From Chloroflexota bacterium (GTDB lineage: Bacteria > Chloroflexota > UBA11872 > VXNJ01): a stretch of DNA of 64,000 bases. The notes beneath the pieces are model-generated. The model was not told where the DNA came from. It made no database searches and saw nothing but the letters and a program-made list of their open reading frames with translations. The position numbers were made by a program, and so were the translations under genes. The stretch covers positions 1,888,001 to 1,952,000 of the forward strand of contig OZ253449.1 of the NCBI GenBank assembly GCA_965261345.1, in the 5' to 3' direction. Below are positions 61,953 through 64,000 of the stretch, piece by piece. The first letter of the stretch is position 1; every line of letters starts with the position of its first letter.

Positions 61953-63430
61953 TCAGCCGCCGCGGATGATGTTTCCGGCGCGTACCGTGTTCATCGGGAA
62001 TCCGTCGGGTACGATCACGGGGTCAAACATCGGGGCACTGAGATTTGTGTCGATGCCCTCGGGCCCATCCGACCATAGCTTGAGTGCCCACTCGGGGGTG
62101 CCCGAACGCTCTAGGAAATTGAGCAGTTGGCCGTGCAACCGATCATATTGGAGCGATTGGCTCGGGTAGAGGTTTACCTGGGTGAGCGGGTCGGCGGCGG
62201 TGTCGTAGAGTTCGCGCAGGTCGGGGTTGACGTTGTCGCAAAGCCACCAGCGTCCATCGGTTACCTGCAGCGGCTGCCAGCCGCCAAAGCGCCCGGCCAG
62301 GGCCTTGGCAACGGGTTCGCCGCCGCCAGGTAGTACGGACCGTTGCCAGATACCGTTACCGCGCGCCCTTGGTATTCCTCGCCGCGAAGCAGCGGGACCC
62401 AGGAGCGGCCCTGGATGTCCATCGCCGCCGGCGCCGGAACGCCGGTCAGCTCAAGCACCGAGGGCGCAAAGTCGGGATGTTGGGTCAACTGCGAGACCCG
62501 CTGACCCGCCCCCTGGCCGTCTGGCAGGCGCACCATCTGCACGGTCCGGATCACCTCTGGATAGAGGGCGCGTTTGCCGATGTAGCCGTGCTCGAAAAAG
62601 TCGAATCCGTGATCGGACATGATGATTACCGCGGTGTTTTCGCGCAATCCCAGATCATCGATTTTTTCCAGCACCCGGCCAATCCAGCGGTCCACCATCG
62701 TCACTTCGCCGGCGTAGAGAGCCTTGACGTTGTTCTGCTCGTCCTCGCTGAACTGGTCGGCGATGTCACCAAAAGCCGGCCAGGTGATCTTGCGGCCGGA
62801 ATACCCAGGGTCGTACATGTCAACGTAGTGCTGCGGCGGATCCCAGGGTTCGTGTGGGTCGAACGAGTCGACCCACAGAAAGAATTTTTCATGTCCGGCA
62901 TTGTGGGTGAGCCATTCGCAGGCCGCGCCCATAACCCGGGCCACGCACTGATCCTCCTCATGGTGCATGTGCCGGTAATTGCGGTATTCGTGGGTGAGCA
63001 TCGGGTCCATCGCGTACTGACGGTCGCCGGGGATCTGCAACTCCGAGAAATGGTCGGTCCGCCAGCGGTCGGCCTCGTTGCCGCGGATGAAATCCCAACC
63101 CGAAAACGGGCGGTCGAATCCGAAACCGAAATTGGCCATGTGCGGGGTGTCGTGAATGAGCATCGTCTCATAACCTGCCTGCCGCAGAACCTTGGGCAAG
63201 GTCAGCGGGCCCCATTCGAGCGGGCGCCAGGCTTGGAAAGGGTTGCCGTGGCGGCCCTTGAGCATCTCGTGGCGGTTCGGAATGGTCGGAAACGAGCAGA
63301 GGTGGTTGTGGTCAAACACCGTTGCCTCGGCGGCGAACGCATCGAGGTTGGGGGTCGATATCCAGGGGTTACCGTTGGCCCCAACATGGTCGTAGCGGAG
63401 GGTGTCGTTCATGATCAGGACGACGTTCAT
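61953..63430 (-). pseudogene. Sulfatase-like hydrolase (TIPNR motif) split by a 1-nt frameshift near 62285-62330
   Basis: First frame stops at 62261; another frame continues GWQPLQVTDG..RELYDTAADP..QLLNFL to the stop at 61953, matching the neighbouring paralog; total 1478 nt is one base short of 493 codons. Confidence 0.8.
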
Positions 63431-63514
63431 TGGGTTTCCTTTAATTTGCGATGGTTACCAGGGTTGGCGCGATCGCCCGGAACGGGCGCGTGTGAATAGG
63501 GATGCGGGGACGGT

Positions 63515-64000
63515 TCAGAGTACGTTGCCGTCAAGCGTTACGGTAAACGGCAGGCCTCGCTGGCGGACCAATTTGAGGTGGTCGTCGACCTCCGGCGCCT
63601 CGGCCGCGTCCGGTCCGTCGGCGTATATGCGGGTCAGCCACTCCGGGCTCTCGTGGGAATCGAGAAATGCCAGCAGTTCGCGCTGCAGCTGTCCTTCCTG
63701 GTCCCGGTTCCGGGCAATTATGTTATTCGTCATTCCGGGATCGCTCGGCAGGTGGTAGAGCTCGTTGCGGTTCTTCTCAGGGTGCGCGATCAGCGAGTAC
63801 TCCGGTCCGGTCACGGTCAGTGGGGTCCAGCCGGGGTCCAGAGCCGGAGCGACCGCCCGGCGTCCCGACCGATAACCGGGGTCGCCGCTGGGCTTGACTT
63901 CGTAGGGATAAGTGCCGGAAACCGCCACCGGCCGCAGGAGCTCGCTTGAACCAGACATCTGCGGCAGCAGTGATTTGCCCTGTATCCCCATATCGGCCGG
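63515..64000 (-). CDS. Partial (3' end) sulfatase-like hydrolase
   Basis: GIQGKSLLP, ELYHLPSDP, similarity to the C-terminus of the adjacent gene; runs off the window edge. Confidence 0.8.
   Translation of the reverse strand, partial: PADMGIQGKSLLPQMSGSSELLRPVAVSGTYPYEVKPSGDPGYRSGRRAVAPALDPGWTPLTVTGPEYSLIAHPEKNRNELYHLPSDPGMTNNIIARNRDQEGQLQRELLAFLDSHESPEWLTRIYADGPDAAEAPEVDDHLKLVRQRGLPFTVTLDGNVL

Noticed and set aside
61953-62138. 61-aa ORF as an independent small gene
   Set aside because: It is the out-of-frame C-terminus of the frameshifted sulfatase-like gene
62369-63499. 376-aa plus-strand ORF
   Set aside because: Antisense shadow of the sulfatase-like gene

Overview
GC-rich bacterial chromosomal window, densely coding, with no rRNA, tRNA, CRISPR array, transposase or phage gene recognised. 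Gene content suggests a Chloroflexota bacterium, possibly a marine or sponge-associated lineage (inference from a Chloroflexi-type GG..xGYP.SE..QYF surface repeat, a T-box riboswitch, an EDPR-type MurE, LRR/NHL/PD40 repeat proteins and many sulfatases). It contains gyrB-plsX-ugd-polX, a complete trpE-G-D-CF-B-A operon under a Trp T-box, nrdR, nfi, a GH32, a P1B ATPase, metG-tatD-polyprenyl synthase-menG-femX-murE, pepF-murT-gatD, a five-gene Fe-S flavoprotein plus Rieske/cytochrome b operon, lysA, a sugar ABC transporter and a cluster of five sulfatase-family genes interleaved with SDR, DsbA and VKOR. Most notable: (1) a Rieske/cyt b operon headed by a GltD/NfnB-like flavoprotein whose NAD(P)H site appears degenerate; (2) an NrdR with a tandem duplicated zinc ribbon; (3) a full-length Trp T-box that appears to act by RBS sequestration; (4) a Thr-motif (TIPNR) sulfatase-like gene carrying a 1-nt frameshift; (5) a PolX with an altered polymerase active site and intact PHP domain; (6) a CopA-like ATPase lacking the YN Cu(I) ligands. 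All calls come from reading motifs by eye; no database searches were run.
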